DNA of 64,000 nucleotides from Candidatus Marinacidobacterales bacterium (GTDB lineage Bacteria > Acidobacteriota > Vicinamibacteria > Marinacidobacterales > SMYC01): contig CBDCYI010000011.1 in NCBI GenBank assembly GCA_965224085.1, positions 704,001 through 768,000 of the forward strand, written 5' to 3'. The position numbers were made by a program, and so were the translations under genes. The notes under the pieces are model-generated. The model was not told where the DNA came from, made no database searches, and worked only from the letters and a program-made list of their open reading frames with translations. Position 1 is the first letter of the stretch, and the number at the start of each line of letters is the position of its first letter. Positions 31,595-43,021 of the stretch are shown here, one piece after another.

Positions 31595-32425
31595 TCATTT
31601 GTCCGCGCCGCCTCGTCTTGCTGTTGCTTCCGCCTCGGCACGCGCCATTTCGAGTTCCATCCTCGCTTCTTCGACGAGCATCTCTGTTTCCACGAGCGCG
31701 GTCTCGGCTTCCTCCGCGCTCATGTGAGCGCGATCGATCTGGTCGTGGAGTCGCTCGAGTTGCTTGGTCAAGCCATCCACACGCTTGGTCACGGTGTCCT
31801 TTGCGCCGCGCGCCTCGTCGAGGTTCGCTTCACGCTGCCTCAAGAGCTCCTCGGCGCGCGCCACATCATCACGAATTTCTGCCGGCTCTTCTCGCTTCGG
31901 TTCTTGCGCCGGCGCGGGCTTCAGCGCGGCAAAGGCGGCGAAGCCCGGCGGCTCGAGATCGCGTGTGAGTCGGCCGTCCATAGGCTCGGGATTGGCGCTT
32001 CCGTAGCTCGAAAGCGCATCGAGCGTCGTCTCGACGCGTCGCATCACGGCGTTGCTAGCGCTTTCCGCGCTCCGCTCCAATATCGCGCGCACGATGCCCG
32101 TCGCGTCCCGAACCGCCTCGAGCCGCTCTCGCTCCTCATCTTCTCGAACGCCCGGTTGCGATTCCTTCGAGAACACGTCGCGATAGCTGTCGCCCGCCGC
32201 TATGAGCGCATTGAAGGACAGCGGTTCTCTCCAGTACAACTGGTTCACGGCCCACGCGGACGCGTTGGGCTTCACGAGAGCTTTGACGCGCTCGGCGCCG
32301 TGGGCGTCCCCGGCTTTCTTGAGCGCGGCCGCGAGAGCGTTTCGGAGGAAGACGAATTCGCTCAGCGGCGCTCGATAGAGCCTTTCGAGCTCGTCATCTA
32401 TAGACTTGGGTATGGACTCTGACAT
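31595..32425 (-). CDS. Hypothetical protein with C-terminal coiled coil
   Basis: LYRAPLSEFV..RNALA...KP.ASAWAVNQL; GRLTRDLEPPGF; heptad-rich tail. Confidence 0.75.
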   Translation of the reverse strand: MSESIPKSIDDELERLYRAPLSEFVFLRNALAAALKKAGDAHGAERVKALVKPNASAWAVNQLYWREPLSFNALIAAGDSYRDVFSKESQPGVREDEERERLEAVRDATGIVRAILERSAESASNAVMRRVETTLDALSSYGSANPEPMDGRLTRDLEPPGFAAFAALKPAPAQEPKREEPAEIRDDVARAEELLRQREANLDEARGAKDTVTKRVDGLTKQLERLHDQIDRAHMSAEEAETALVETEMLVEEARMELEMARAEAEATARRGGADK

Positions 32426-32429
32426 GCCG

Positions 32430-33647
32430 TCAGCGTGCGATGTCGTAGCTGTAAAGGGTGTCTTGATCGCGAAGGTAGAGCTTTCCGTTCGCGATCACGG
32501 GATGAGACCAGCTGGGGCGGTTGGAGCGCGGAACTTCGAAACGTCCCTCCTCGCGATAGCCTTCGCGCGTGGCTGCGACGAGCCCCATGACGCCGTTTTC
32601 TCCGAAGACGTAGAGATGTCTGTCCGCGTAAATGAGCGAGCCTTTACCAACGCTGCGATCGCGCCATAAGAGCTTGCCCGTCTCGAAATCGAGGGCGGTT
32701 AGGATGCGGCTGTTGTAGCCGTACAGCGTATCGTCCACGAGCACTGAGCTCGCGTGATGGTTCTTCATGTCCCGGCTGAAATAGACCTCGCGAACCGTCA
32801 AGTCGGTTGGACCGCCTTTTATCTCCAGTAGTGCGCAGCCGGTCCCGTAATCCGACGAGACGAACACGAAGTTGCCCCGGACGATCGGCGTGGCGACATT
32901 CGCGGTGCGATTCGAGACGCGCCGGTAGTGCCAGAGAAGCGTGCCGTCGTCGACGCTTATGCCGACCACCCGCTCACCCGTGAAGAACACGGCTTGCCGC
33001 ACGCCGCGGATCGTGGCGACGACGGCGGAGGAGTAGCCCGCTTCGTCTCGCTCGCTCTGCCAGAGGGTAGAACCGTCTTGCTTGTCGAGGGCGACGATGG
33101 ACGCTCTCGAGCCACCGGCATTGGCGAGCACTCGGTCAGAAAGGACGAGCGGCGATTCGCTGATGCCCCAGGAAATGTTCCGGCCACCGAAGCGTTCTAG
33201 AAGATTCACGGACCAGTGGACCTTCCCGGTCGCCACGTCGAGAACCGTCAGATCACCCCTTCCGCCGAGTGCGTAGACGCGGTTGCCATCGACGGTGGGA
33301 GCGCCGCGTGGCCCGTCCCCGCGATTGTTGTGATAGTGCTGACCACTGCGTGCGCGCCAGAGAGCCTTGCCCGTTTCCACGTCGAGGGCAAACACATATT
33401 CGGTGTCCTTCGAGGCGCCGAGCGTGAAGATGCGGCCCCGGGATATCGTGACCGTCGAATAACCCACGCCGAGCCCCCTCGATCTCCAAACGAGCGGTGG
33501 CCCACCTTCGGGCCAGGAGCTCAGGAGGCCGGTTTCGCGAGAGATGCCGTCGCGCGCCGCCCCGCGCCACTGGGGCCAATCTTCGGCGAAGCTGGTAGAG
33601 GCGACGAGCGTTATCGAGAGCAAGCTGGATGCCGTGCAGATGCGCAT
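32430..33647 (-). CDS. PQQ-binding-like beta-propeller repeat protein
   Basis: DWPQWRG..RDG, repeated D..TGK..W motifs, WSHPVIANGKLYLRD. Confidence 0.88.
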   Translation of the reverse strand: MRICTASSLLSITLVASTSFAEDWPQWRGAARDGISRETGLLSSWPEGGPPLVWRSRGLGVGYSTVTISRGRIFTLGASKDTEYVFALDVETGKALWRARSGQHYHNNRGDGPRGAPTVDGNRVYALGGRGDLTVLDVATGKVHWSVNLLERFGGRNISWGISESPLVLSDRVLANAGGSRASIVALDKQDGSTLWQSERDEAGYSSAVVATIRGVRQAVFFTGERVVGISVDDGTLLWHYRRVSNRTANVATPIVRGNFVFVSSDYGTGCALLEIKGGPTDLTVREVYFSRDMKNHHASSVLVDDTLYGYNSRILTALDFETGKLLWRDRSVGKGSLIYADRHLYVFGENGVMGLVAATREGYREEGRFEVPRSNRPSWSHPVIANGKLYLRDQDTLYSYDIAR

Positions 33648-33850
33648 CCCGCCATTTTAGCGCTCAATGGCCTTCCGCGACGGCGCCCATCATCGGTGGT
33701 GCGGAACACACCCGTGCGCTTGTCTGACCTCGATCGTCACAGGAGTACCACGCTAAAGCGCCGAAAAACAAGAGGTTGTTTCTTTCTCCGAGCGCTCTTA
33801 TCATCCCTAAACGCTAGGCGCTCATCGCGCCTTCAAGGAGGGTAGAGCCT

Positions 33851-35479
33851 TTGGACAAAACCGAGGCAAACTTCCGGCCCCTGACTCCCCTCCACTTTCT
33901 CGAGCGAGCGGCGGCGGTTTATCCCGATCACATCGCGGTTATCCATGGGGAGCGTCGCTACGACTATGCGGAGCTCTGGCGGCGCTCGCGAAAGCTCGCG
34001 AGTGCGCTCTGCGCGCGCGGCGTGGAGCGCGGGGATACTGTCAGCATCATTGCGCCCAATACGCCGGCCATCCTCGAAGCGCATTACGGCGTGCCGATGG
34101 CGGGCGCGATCCTTAACCCGATCAATACGCGCCTCGATCCCGACACCATCGCGTTCATCCTCGAGCACAGCGAAGCCAAAGTTCTACTCACGGACCGCGA
34201 GCTGAGCCCGACGGTAGAAAAAGCGCTCGCTTCCGTCGAGAAAGAGCCCGTCGTGATCGACGTGGACGACCCTCGCGGGAGCGGGGGCGATCTTCTCGGA
34301 GAGAAGGACTACGAAGCTTTCCTCGAAGAGGGGAGCTCGGAGGACGAGTGGCTCTGGCCGGAGGACGAGTGGGATGCGATCTCGCTCAACTACACGTCGG
34401 GTACCACCGGCGATCCCAAAGGGGTCGTCTATCACCATCGCGGCGCTGCGCTTTTAGCACTCGGAAATCTCATCGCGTGGAACATGCCCGTGCATCCCGT
34501 CTATTTGTGGACGCTTCCCATGTTCCACTGCAACGGTTGGTGCTTCCCCTGGTCTCTTGCTGTCAACGCGGGAACGCATGTCTGTCTGCGGCAAATAGAG
34601 CCTCGTGGCATCTACGACGCTATCAAACGCCACGGCGTAACCCATCTATGCGGCGCGCCCATCGTGATGCGGTTCATCATTGAAGCGGTCGCTCGGCACG
34701 GGCGCCCCTCCGAGAAAGTCGTGGAAGTTGCGACCGCGGCGGCGCCGCCTCCGGCAGCCACGATCGGAGCGATGGAGGATGCCGGTTTTAGAGTCACCCA
34801 TCTCTACGGTTTGACCGAGACCTACGGTCCCGCCGTCGTCAACGCATGGCATCGAGAGTGGGATGCGCTCGCGCTCGCCGATCGCGCCGAGAAGAAATCG
34901 CGACAGGGCGTTCGCTATCCCGTGCTCGAAGATTTGATGGTCGCGGACCCCTCGATACTGCCACTCGAGCCCGTGCCCTGGGACGGCGAAACGATGGGCG
35001 AAGTGATGTTCAGGGGCAACATCGTGATGAAAGGCTATTTGAAGAACCCGGCGGCGACGAAGGAAGCCTTCGCCGGTGGTTGGTTCCACTCGGGCGATCT
35101 CGGCGTGGTGCACGAGGACGGCTATATCGAGCTACGCGATCGCTCGAAGGACATCATTATTTCGGGCGGCGAGAATATCTCGACGATCGAGGTCGAAGGC
35201 GTTCTCTACAAACACCCGGCCGTCTTGGAAGCGGCGGTCGTGGCGCGCCCCGACGAGAAGTGGGGCGAGACGCCCTGCGCCTTCGTGACGTTGAGACCCG
35301 ATGCGGGTGACCCAGGTGATATCGACGCGCAGGAAATCATCGACTTTTGCCGCGAGCATCTTGCGCACTTCAAAGCCCCCAAGACCGTCATCTTTGACGA
35401 GCTTCCCAAGACCTCGACGGGTAAGATCCAGAAATATGTGCTCAGGGAGCGCGCCCGTTTGCTTGATTCTGAACGATGA
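33851..35479 (+). CDS. Acyl-CoA synthetase (AMP-binding)
   Basis: NYTSGTTGDPKG, YGLTETYG, FHSGDLG and PKTSTGKIQK. Confidence 0.92.
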   Translation: MDKTEANFRPLTPLHFLERAAAVYPDHIAVIHGERRYDYAELWRRSRKLASALCARGVERGDTVSIIAPNTPAILEAHYGVPMAGAILNPINTRLDPDTIAFILEHSEAKVLLTDRELSPTVEKALASVEKEPVVIDVDDPRGSGGDLLGEKDYEAFLEEGSSEDEWLWPEDEWDAISLNYTSGTTGDPKGVVYHHRGAALLALGNLIAWNMPVHPVYLWTLPMFHCNGWCFPWSLAVNAGTHVCLRQIEPRGIYDAIKRHGVTHLCGAPIVMRFIIEAVARHGRPSEKVVEVATAAAPPPAATIGAMEDAGFRVTHLYGLTETYGPAVVNAWHREWDALALADRAEKKSRQGVRYPVLEDLMVADPSILPLEPVPWDGETMGEVMFRGNIVMKGYLKNPAATKEAFAGGWFHSGDLGVVHEDGYIELRDRSKDIIISGGENISTIEVEGVLYKHPAVLEAAVVARPDEKWGETPCAFVTLRPDAGDPGDIDAQEIIDFCREHLAHFKAPKTVIFDELPKTSTGKIQKYVLRERARLLDSER

Positions 35480-37160
35480 CAACGCCCGGGAGAGCGCCGG
35501 TGCGTACGCCGCCATCCACCGTGAGCTCTCCGTTCACGATTACATAGTCGATCCCTACGGGATAGCGATCGGGCTCTAGGATCGTCGCGCGATCCTGGAT
35601 TCTCGCGAAATCGAACAAGACGAGATCGGCTTTGTAGCCTTCACGCAGATAGCCGCGGTCCTCGAGGCCGATGATTTGCGCGGGGAGACCAGTGGAAGAG
35701 CGGATGGCGAAGGGGAGGCTCACGACGCCGCGCTCCCGGACGTAATGCGCGAGCTTTCTCGGATAGGTTCCGTAATAGCGCGGATGCTGCCCGGGGCGCG
35801 TTGTCATGGACACACCGCCATCGGTAGAGGTCGCGGTGTATTCCTGGCGCATGTAGTTCTCGACGTCGAAGCGATCGCCGGCGACCGGGCGGAAGAGCGC
35901 ACCGTGGCGTGCGTCATCCGTTCCCGTCATCGCGAAGTCCACCAGTGTGTCGATGACGCTCTTGCCGTTGTCGCGAGCGACTTCGGCGAGAGTCTTGCCG
36001 ACGAGGGACGGCTCCTCGGCAAAGACCACGATGATGTGGCGCGCAGCGCCTCCCTGCAGATCGAGCACGTGCTCGATATCGGTGATGAGAAGCGGACCCG
36101 TCACGGGATCCGCGAGATTTTTCTTCAAGTTCTCTTTGTGGTCAACGAAGATGCCGTCGGCGCGCCAGAGAGGTGCATCGAGCCCGCCGCTGCGATCGAT
36201 GCCCGGTGCGGCGAAGCCCCAGGACGGAATGACGCCGGTGGGACCACCTCCGAAAGTTTCATAAGGATATTGATCGAGATAAACCTGGACGCCTTCGCCG
36301 CGCGCTTGCTCGATGAGCCGAATGTCGATCGACGCGTGCCCCCACGTCGTCGGTCCTTTTGCTTTGATATGGCTTCCGACGACGCGGATCCCGGTTTCGC
36401 GGCCGATGCGGATGGTCTCCTTCATGCCGTCCGTTCCCGTGAGGCGCCAGCCATCCGCTTCGAGGATGCTCGGGGTCTGCCAGCGAGGAAGAGGCGACTG
36501 GCTTCGTTGATGTGCATAGTAGAAGCCGTCATATTCCGCGACCACCTGTGCGAGCGCCACGAGCTCTTCGGTCGTGCTGAAACGGCCCGGCCGATATTCG
36601 GGGCCGGCGCCGATGCCCCAAGCGCCGTCATCCATGCCCTCGCGCACGAGAGCCTGCATGCGACGCACCTCTTCGTCCGTCGCCACCCGTTCGTAGTCGT
36701 CCTCCATGACGACGCCGCGTACCGTACCGTGCCCGACCATCGGCACGATGTTCAGCGCGATACCCATCTTGCGGAACGCGGCGATCTCTTTCGAGATAGG
36801 CCAGAGGCGGTTGCGTCCATCAGGGCCCCCCACGACGGTCGTAATGCCTTGCGCCACGAGGTTGTGGGCTTTGCGTGCTTCGCGATCGTCGCCTGCGAGC
36901 GCGCGGTCCGCGTGCGAATGCATGTCGATGAAGCCGGGCGCCACGACGAAGCCGGACGCGTCGATCGTGCGCCGCGCTCGCATATCGCCGAGCTTGCCGA
37001 GGGCCAGGATCGTATCGCCGCGAATCGCGATGTCCGCGCGGAAGTCCGGGTTCCCCGTCCCGTCGAGCACGCGCCCGTTCCGGATGAGAAGGTCGACATC
37101 TTGGGCGCCGGCGGAGGCGGCAACGAGTGCGCTAAGAGCGATCGGGAGGACGTAACGCAT
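35442..37160 (-). CDS. N-acyl-D-amino-acid deacylase family amidohydrolase
   Basis: APGFIDMHSH, SHIK, STDG and HPRYYGTYPR; signal peptide. Confidence 0.88.
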   Translation of the reverse strand: MRYVLPIALSALVAASAGAQDVDLLIRNGRVLDGTGNPDFRADIAIRGDTILALGKLGDMRARRTIDASGFVVAPGFIDMHSHADRALAGDDREARKAHNLVAQGITTVVGGPDGRNRLWPISKEIAAFRKMGIALNIVPMVGHGTVRGVVMEDDYERVATDEEVRRMQALVREGMDDGAWGIGAGPEYRPGRFSTTEELVALAQVVAEYDGFYYAHQRSQSPLPRWQTPSILEADGWRLTGTDGMKETIRIGRETGIRVVGSHIKAKGPTTWGHASIDIRLIEQARGEGVQVYLDQYPYETFGGGPTGVIPSWGFAAPGIDRSGGLDAPLWRADGIFVDHKENLKKNLADPVTGPLLITDIEHVLDLQGGAARHIIVVFAEEPSLVGKTLAEVARDNGKSVIDTLVDFAMTGTDDARHGALFRPVAGDRFDVENYMRQEYTATSTDGGVSMTTRPGQHPRYYGTYPRKLAHYVRERGVVSLPFAIRSSTGLPAQIIGLEDRGYLREGYKADLVLFDFARIQDRATILEPDRYPVGIDYVIVNGELTVDGGVRTGALPGVVIVQNQANGRAP

Positions 37161-37193
37161 GGAGCACCTCACAGGGTTGAGACAAGGACATGA

Positions 37194-37355
37194 TCAGTCG
37201 AATGCTTTTTCAACGACCGCCGCTCCGATGGAGTCACCGAGCGTGTTCGTCGCCGTGCGGAAACGATCGAGGAGCCAGTCGACCGAAAGGATGAGGCCGA
37301 TATATTCGGCAGGAAGACCCACCGCGTTCAAGACGATCAGCATAGTGACGGGCTG
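37194..37355 (-). pseudogene. Dicarboxylate/amino acid:cation symporter C-terminal fragment
   Basis: VTMLIVLNAVGLP...VDWLLDRFRTATNTLGD. Confidence 0.8.
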
Positions 37356-37449
37356 AGCCTCACGAATGCGTGGATCGCCAATGCGAGAAGTACCGTCAGA
37401 AAGTACCAGCCCGTCTGGCTGAGCACCGCCAGGAATCGGCGCGCGCAGC

Positions 37450-37602
37450 GTTTCAGTACGCCCCGCCATTTGGTGAGAGGCACTGTCCCGTAATGTAGGA
37501 CGCTTCGTCCGAAGCGAGAAAAACTGTTTCAGTACGCCCCGCCATTTGGTGAGAGGCACTGTCCCGTAATGTAGGACGCTTCGTCCGAAGCGAGAAAAAC
37601 TG
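37450..37602. repeat. Perfect 76-bp tandem duplication of the SDR gene 3' end
   Basis: GTTTCAGTACGCCCC...GAGAAAAACT at 37450 and again at 37526. Confidence 0.95.
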
Positions 37603-38305
37603 CAACGGCCGCGATCTCGTCCGGCGTGGCCCAGCGCCCCAAAGGGATGTTGCCGAGCGAAGCGTCGCGCACCGAACCGGAGATGTGCTGGGTCATTGCC
37701 GTCTCGGTAAAGCCGGGAGCGATAGCGTTCACCCGAATCCCGCGCGAGCCGACTTCCTTCGCCACCGATTTCGTGAACCCGAGCACACCCGCTTTCGCCG
37801 CGGCGTAATGCGGCGCGTCCGCGAGCCCCGCGAGCGCAGCTGTGCTCGAAAGATTGATGATGACGCCACTCGCTTGCGAGCCCATTCTCTGGAGAGCCTC
37901 GCGCGTGCAGAAAAACATACCGTCCAGATGAACGGCCATCATGCGCCGCCAAGTCACGTCGTCCATCGAGACCGTAACATCCCAGTGCGTCGTGATGGGC
38001 TGCTCGCGAAAGCGCGCTTCGGCCTTCGCATTGAGCCTGTCCCACCGCTCCTTCGTTTGGCCAATACCAGCATTATTGACGAGAACATCCAGCCTCTCGA
38101 GACCGGCGAACATCGCTCTAACCTGCCCACTATCCGAAACGTCCGCAACAAGCGCGCTCTTTGCACCGAGCGTCGCTTCGGCGGCGACGCGGTCGACGTC
38201 GTTCACGTAGACGCGCGCGCCTTCGCGATCGAGCTGCCGTGCAATAGCCCGTCCAATCCCCGCCCCCCCTCCCGTAACAAGCGCAACTTTGTTCTCGAGT
38301 CTCAT
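37529..38305 (-). CDS. SDR family oxidoreductase (FabG-like)
   Basis: TGGGAGIG, NNAGI, YAAAK and NAIAPG. Confidence 0.92.
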   Translation of the reverse strand: MRLENKVALVTGGGAGIGRAIARQLDREGARVYVNDVDRVAAEATLGAKSALVADVSDSGQVRAMFAGLERLDVLVNNAGIGQTKERWDRLNAKAEARFREQPITTHWDVTVSMDDVTWRRMMAVHLDGMFFCTREALQRMGSQASGVIINLSSTAALAGLADAPHYAAAKAGVLGFTKSVAKEVGSRGIRVNAIAPGFTETAMTQHISGSVRDASLGNIPLGRWATPDEIAAVAVFLASDEASYITGQCLSPNGGAY

Positions 38306-38327
38306 AGGGAAGAGAGTATAACCGTTC

Positions 38328-38391
38328 AGCATTTCAGCATTCAGATGTTGGCTCCGAACTCCGAGCCACGCGATCCTGAATGCTGAATGCT
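38328..38391. repeat. Inverted array of 7-bp repeats (CAGCATT/AATGCTG) forming a hairpin
   Basis: AGCATTTCAGCATTCAG ... CTGAATGCTGAATGCT with inner TGGCTC/GAGCCA stem. Confidence 0.6.
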
Positions 38392-38400
38392 AAGCACCCG

Positions 38401-38435
38401 AACAAAAAAAGCCCGGGCCGAAAGGCCCGGGCTTT
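38401..38435 (-). terminator. Rho-independent terminator of groESL operon
   Basis: GCCCGGGCC-TTTC-GGCCCGGGC followed by T7 on the minus strand. Confidence 0.92.
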
Positions 38436-38449
38436 GCTGTTTGAGCGCC

Positions 38450-40141
<1,692 letters not shown>

Positions 40142-40149
40142 TCAAAACG

Positions 40150-40437
40150 TTATTCCACGACTCCGAGAACCTCGTCCTCTTTGAGGATGAGATATTCGTC
40201 ACCATCGAGTTTGACTTCCGAGCCCGAGTACTTGCCTACGAGCACTTTGTCGCCGACCTTTACCTCGAGCGGTACTTTCTTCCCGTCTTTCAGGGTTCTG
40301 CCGGAACCGACAGCAATGACCTTGGCCGTTAGAGGCTTTTCCTTCGCGCTATCGGGGATGATGATGGAGCCGATCTTCTTCTCCTCTTCATCCAACCGCT
40401 TGACGACGATATTGTCTTTAATTGGTTTGATCTTCAT
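40150..40437 (-). CDS. groS: Co-chaperonin GroES
   Basis: [18 protein letters not shown] and KYSGSEV. Confidence 0.98.
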   Translation of the reverse strand: MKIKPIKDNIVVKRLDEEEKKIGSIIIPDSAKEKPLTAKVIAVGSGRTLKDGKKVPLEVKVGDKVLVGKYSGSEVKLDGDEYLILKEDEVLGVVE

Positions 40438-40506
40438 TTCGCTCCTGTTCCTCCTTCGTTACAACGAAAATTGTCGACGCTCGGTTCGGAAGCTCGAGAA
40501 CGTCGG

Positions 40507-40953
40507 CTACCCACTGATTGGAATTTGACGGCTCTTCTCGCTGACCACTTTAGGTATCGTGACCGTGAGGATCCCCGCTTTGAACTCCGCTTTGACCTCG
40601 TCCGCCTCGACCGGCGTCGGAAGGTCGAAGGTCCGATGGAAGGCGCCATGGGACCGTTCCATCCGAAGAAACTGTTTTTCGCTCACCGCTTCTGCCAGTT
40701 GGCGCTCGCCCTGCAACGTGATGCGGTCGTCGTCGATACGGAGCTCGATGTCGTCCTGATTCACCCCGGGGAGCTCTGCTTTGAGGATCAAGTGCTGATC
40801 GGACTCGTAGAGGTCGACCGCCGGCGACCAAGCGCCGGTCGAGGAGAGCTCCGCGTCCCCGCGCGAGCGCGACAACGTCTCATCGATCAAGCGATTCACA
40901 CGCTCTTGCAAGGAGAGAAGCTCGCGGACAGGGTCCCAATGGGCAAATGGCAT
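40507..40953 (-). CDS. Hsp20/alpha-crystallin small heat shock protein
   Basis: WDP.REL, PAVDLYE, AELPG, ERSHGAF.R and GILTV.IPK. Confidence 0.93.
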   Translation of the reverse strand: MPFAHWDPVRELLSLQERVNRLIDETLSRSRGDAELSSTGAWSPAVDLYESDQHLILKAELPGVNQDDIELRIDDDRITLQGERQLAEAVSEKQFLRMERSHGAFHRTFDLPTPVEADEVKAEFKAGILTVTIPKVVSEKSRQIPISG

Positions 40954-40968
40954 TTTGTTGAGGGCTTG

Positions 40969-40995
40969 TTAGCACTCGACTCGTTCGACTGCTAA
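40969..40995. promoter_or_regulatory. CIRCE element (HrcA operator)
   Basis: TTAGCACTC-N9-GACTGCTAA, one mismatch to consensus, upstream of hsp20-groESL. Confidence 0.93.
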
Positions 40996-41003
40996 CAGAA
41001 CGA

Positions 41004-41032
41004 ATACTACGCAAATTCTTAGTTTTTGTCAA
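41004..41032 (-). promoter_or_regulatory. Sigma70-type promoter
   Basis: TTGACA (41032-41027) - N17 - TAGTAT (41009-41004), just upstream of CIRCE. Confidence 0.85.
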
Positions 41033-41097
41033 GCAGGTATATGTTAACGTCGATAATGTAGATTTAGTCGAATCACTTATTCGCGGTTCTTTCGAAA

Positions 41098-42156
41098 TTA
41101 GGCATTTACTTCTTTGTTTTCTTGGCTAAGGGCTGATTCCAGCACCGAAAGGGCCTGTGTGACCCCGTCAGGTGGGACATCTTGATGGAGAACGGCGCGC
41201 ACGCCGCTTTTTCCCGCAGGCAGCAGATGGAGCCCCTGAGCGTGACAACGCTCCACGAGCTCGAACGACGAGACGGTGGTCACCCGGAATCGAATAATAT
41301 TGGTTTGGACGAGGGAGGTGTCGAGCTCGATCCCCGGGAACGCGGAGAGCCCCTCCGCGAGCGAGCGTGCCTTCTCATGATCTTCGACAAGGCGCCCGCG
41401 GTGGTTCTCCAAAGCATGGAGCGCCGCGGCCGCGATCACACCAGCCTGGCGGAAGCCGCCGCCGAACATCTGCTTGAACCTTCGCGCCCGCTTCATCGAA
41501 TCCTTGCTCCCGGCTAGAGCCGAGCCGACCGGGGCACCGAGGCCCTTTGAAAAACACACGCTCACGGTGTCGAAGAGGGCGGCGTAGTCGGATTCAGGAT
41601 GACCGCTCGCCGCCGAAGCGTGCCACAGGCGAGCTCCGTCCAGGTGCAGCGGGATCGCGTGCCGGCGAGCGACGCCGGCTACGGCGCTCATGGTGTCGAG
41701 CGGCCAAACGATGCCCCCGCCACCGTTGTGGGTGTTCTCGAGGCAGACGAGCTTCGTGGGCGCGGCAAGCGTGCTGGGGTTGAAGGGGTGGAGCGCCCGC
41801 ATCGCCTGCTCGAGCTGCTCGGCGGAGAAGATCCCGTTCTTGCCTGAGATCGGCCGCACGAGAAGGCCTGACAAACCGGCGGGCGCGCCGCCTTCGTTCA
41901 CGTAGATATGCGCTCCGATGTCGGCCAGGATCTCGTCCCCAGATTCCGTGTGGGCCCGGAGAGCAACCTGGTTCGTCATCGTCCCCGTCGGCATGTAGAC
42001 CGCGTCTTCTTTGCCGAGGATCTCCGAGGTGCGCGCCTCGAGCGCGGTTACGGTCGGGTCATCGCCATAAACGTCGTCGCCCACTTCCGCGCGCGCCATC
42101 GCGTCGCGCATCGCCGCGGTGGGTCGAGTCACGGTATCGCTGCGTAGGTCGATCAT
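41098..42156 (-). CDS. ltaE: Low-specificity L-threonine aldolase
   Basis: DLRSDTVT.PT, GDDVYGDDP, HLDGAR and CFSKGLGAPVG. Confidence 0.93.
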   Translation of the reverse strand: MIDLRSDTVTRPTAAMRDAMARAEVGDDVYGDDPTVTALEARTSEILGKEDAVYMPTGTMTNQVALRAHTESGDEILADIGAHIYVNEGGAPAGLSGLLVRPISGKNGIFSAEQLEQAMRALHPFNPSTLAAPTKLVCLENTHNGGGGIVWPLDTMSAVAGVARRHAIPLHLDGARLWHASAASGHPESDYAALFDTVSVCFSKGLGAPVGSALAGSKDSMKRARRFKQMFGGGFRQAGVIAAAALHALENHRGRLVEDHEKARSLAEGLSAFPGIELDTSLVQTNIIRFRVTTVSSFELVERCHAQGLHLLPAGKSGVRAVLHQDVPPDGVTQALSVLESALSQENKEVNA

Positions 42157-42280
42157 GGTGAACGATCATAGCGCACTGGCGGGTGCTGAAGAACTGCCGC
42201 CGCCGATGTGTAAGAAAAAAGGAGAGGCGGAGATAAAATCTCGATCGCCTAATCCCCTCCTATCTCCACATCTCCCTGGC

Positions 42281-42991
42281 TCACGCCGCGCAGCACTGGA
42301 GCGCGAGAAAGCCAAAGTCGTGCACTCGCGTCGCGCCTTTTTCGGTCTCGAGGGCGAGATCTTTCAAGCCTGGCTTGTGGTCCGCGCTCGCGTGAAGATG
42401 GAGCTCCACGTTGCCGAGCGCGATGGTGCCGGGCTCGTCTCCGGATGGCGTCCCGAAGAGTGTCGTGAAACGGCGCGACGCTTCCACCTCGTTACGAACA
42501 TAAGCGCCGACGCGCTGTGCTCGGATCTCGCCGAGCAGCGTGCTCACCGGGAGACCGAGCGCGTCGTCGGGATAGTTCCAGCTCGTGGCATGCGGCTTTA
42601 TGAGCTCCACGGTAAAGCCGATCCCGTCCTCGGGGTAGATGAAGGCTTCGAACCCGTCATTCGCGTCGAAGATGCGATCCTCGAAAATTCGAACGCCAGC
42701 GTTTCTGACACGCGCTACGTCCGCCTCGATGTCGTCGCTCTCGAGCGCCAGGTGCTCGAGGCCCTCGCCGTGGTTCTGGAGGAAGCGGTTGACGCGGGAT
42801 TCGGGGTTCCAATTATGAACCATGTGCAGCCAGCACTCGTTTCCGAGAAGCACCCGCGAATCGTGCTGGAACCCCTTCCCCTGGTCGTTTCGGAAGTCTC
42901 TGGAAGCAAGGCCCACACGCTCCAGAACCGCGACGGCGAGGTCGTGGTCCGCGAGCGCAACTCCGATGTGTTGTAGACGTAGGATGGACAC
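42281..42991 (-). CDS. VOC family protein (methylmalonyl-CoA epimerase-like)
   Basis: LQHIGVA, GEGLEHLAL, FIYP...G..VELI; degenerate second VOC module. Confidence 0.8.
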   Translation of the reverse strand: MSILRLQHIGVALADHDLAVAVLERVGLASRDFRNDQGKGFQHDSRVLLGNECWLHMVHNWNPESRVNRFLQNHGEGLEHLALESDDIEADVARVRNAGVRIFEDRIFDANDGFEAFIYPEDGIGFTVELIKPHATSWNYPDDALGLPVSTLLGEIRAQRVGAYVRNEVEASRRFTTLFGTPSGDEPGTIALGNVELHLHASADHKPGLKDLALETEKGATRVHDFGFLALQCCAA

Positions 42992-43021
42992 GACAAAACC
43001 CTAACGGCTCGGCGTAGAAGT

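Noticed and set aside
37450-37602. Direct repeats as a CRISPR array
   Set aside because: Two abutting 76-bp copies with no spacers and no cas genes
37194-38045. 283-aa ORF as a real gene
   Set aside because: It is an alternative frame of the SDR gene running through the duplication; only the last ~54 codons resemble a symporter
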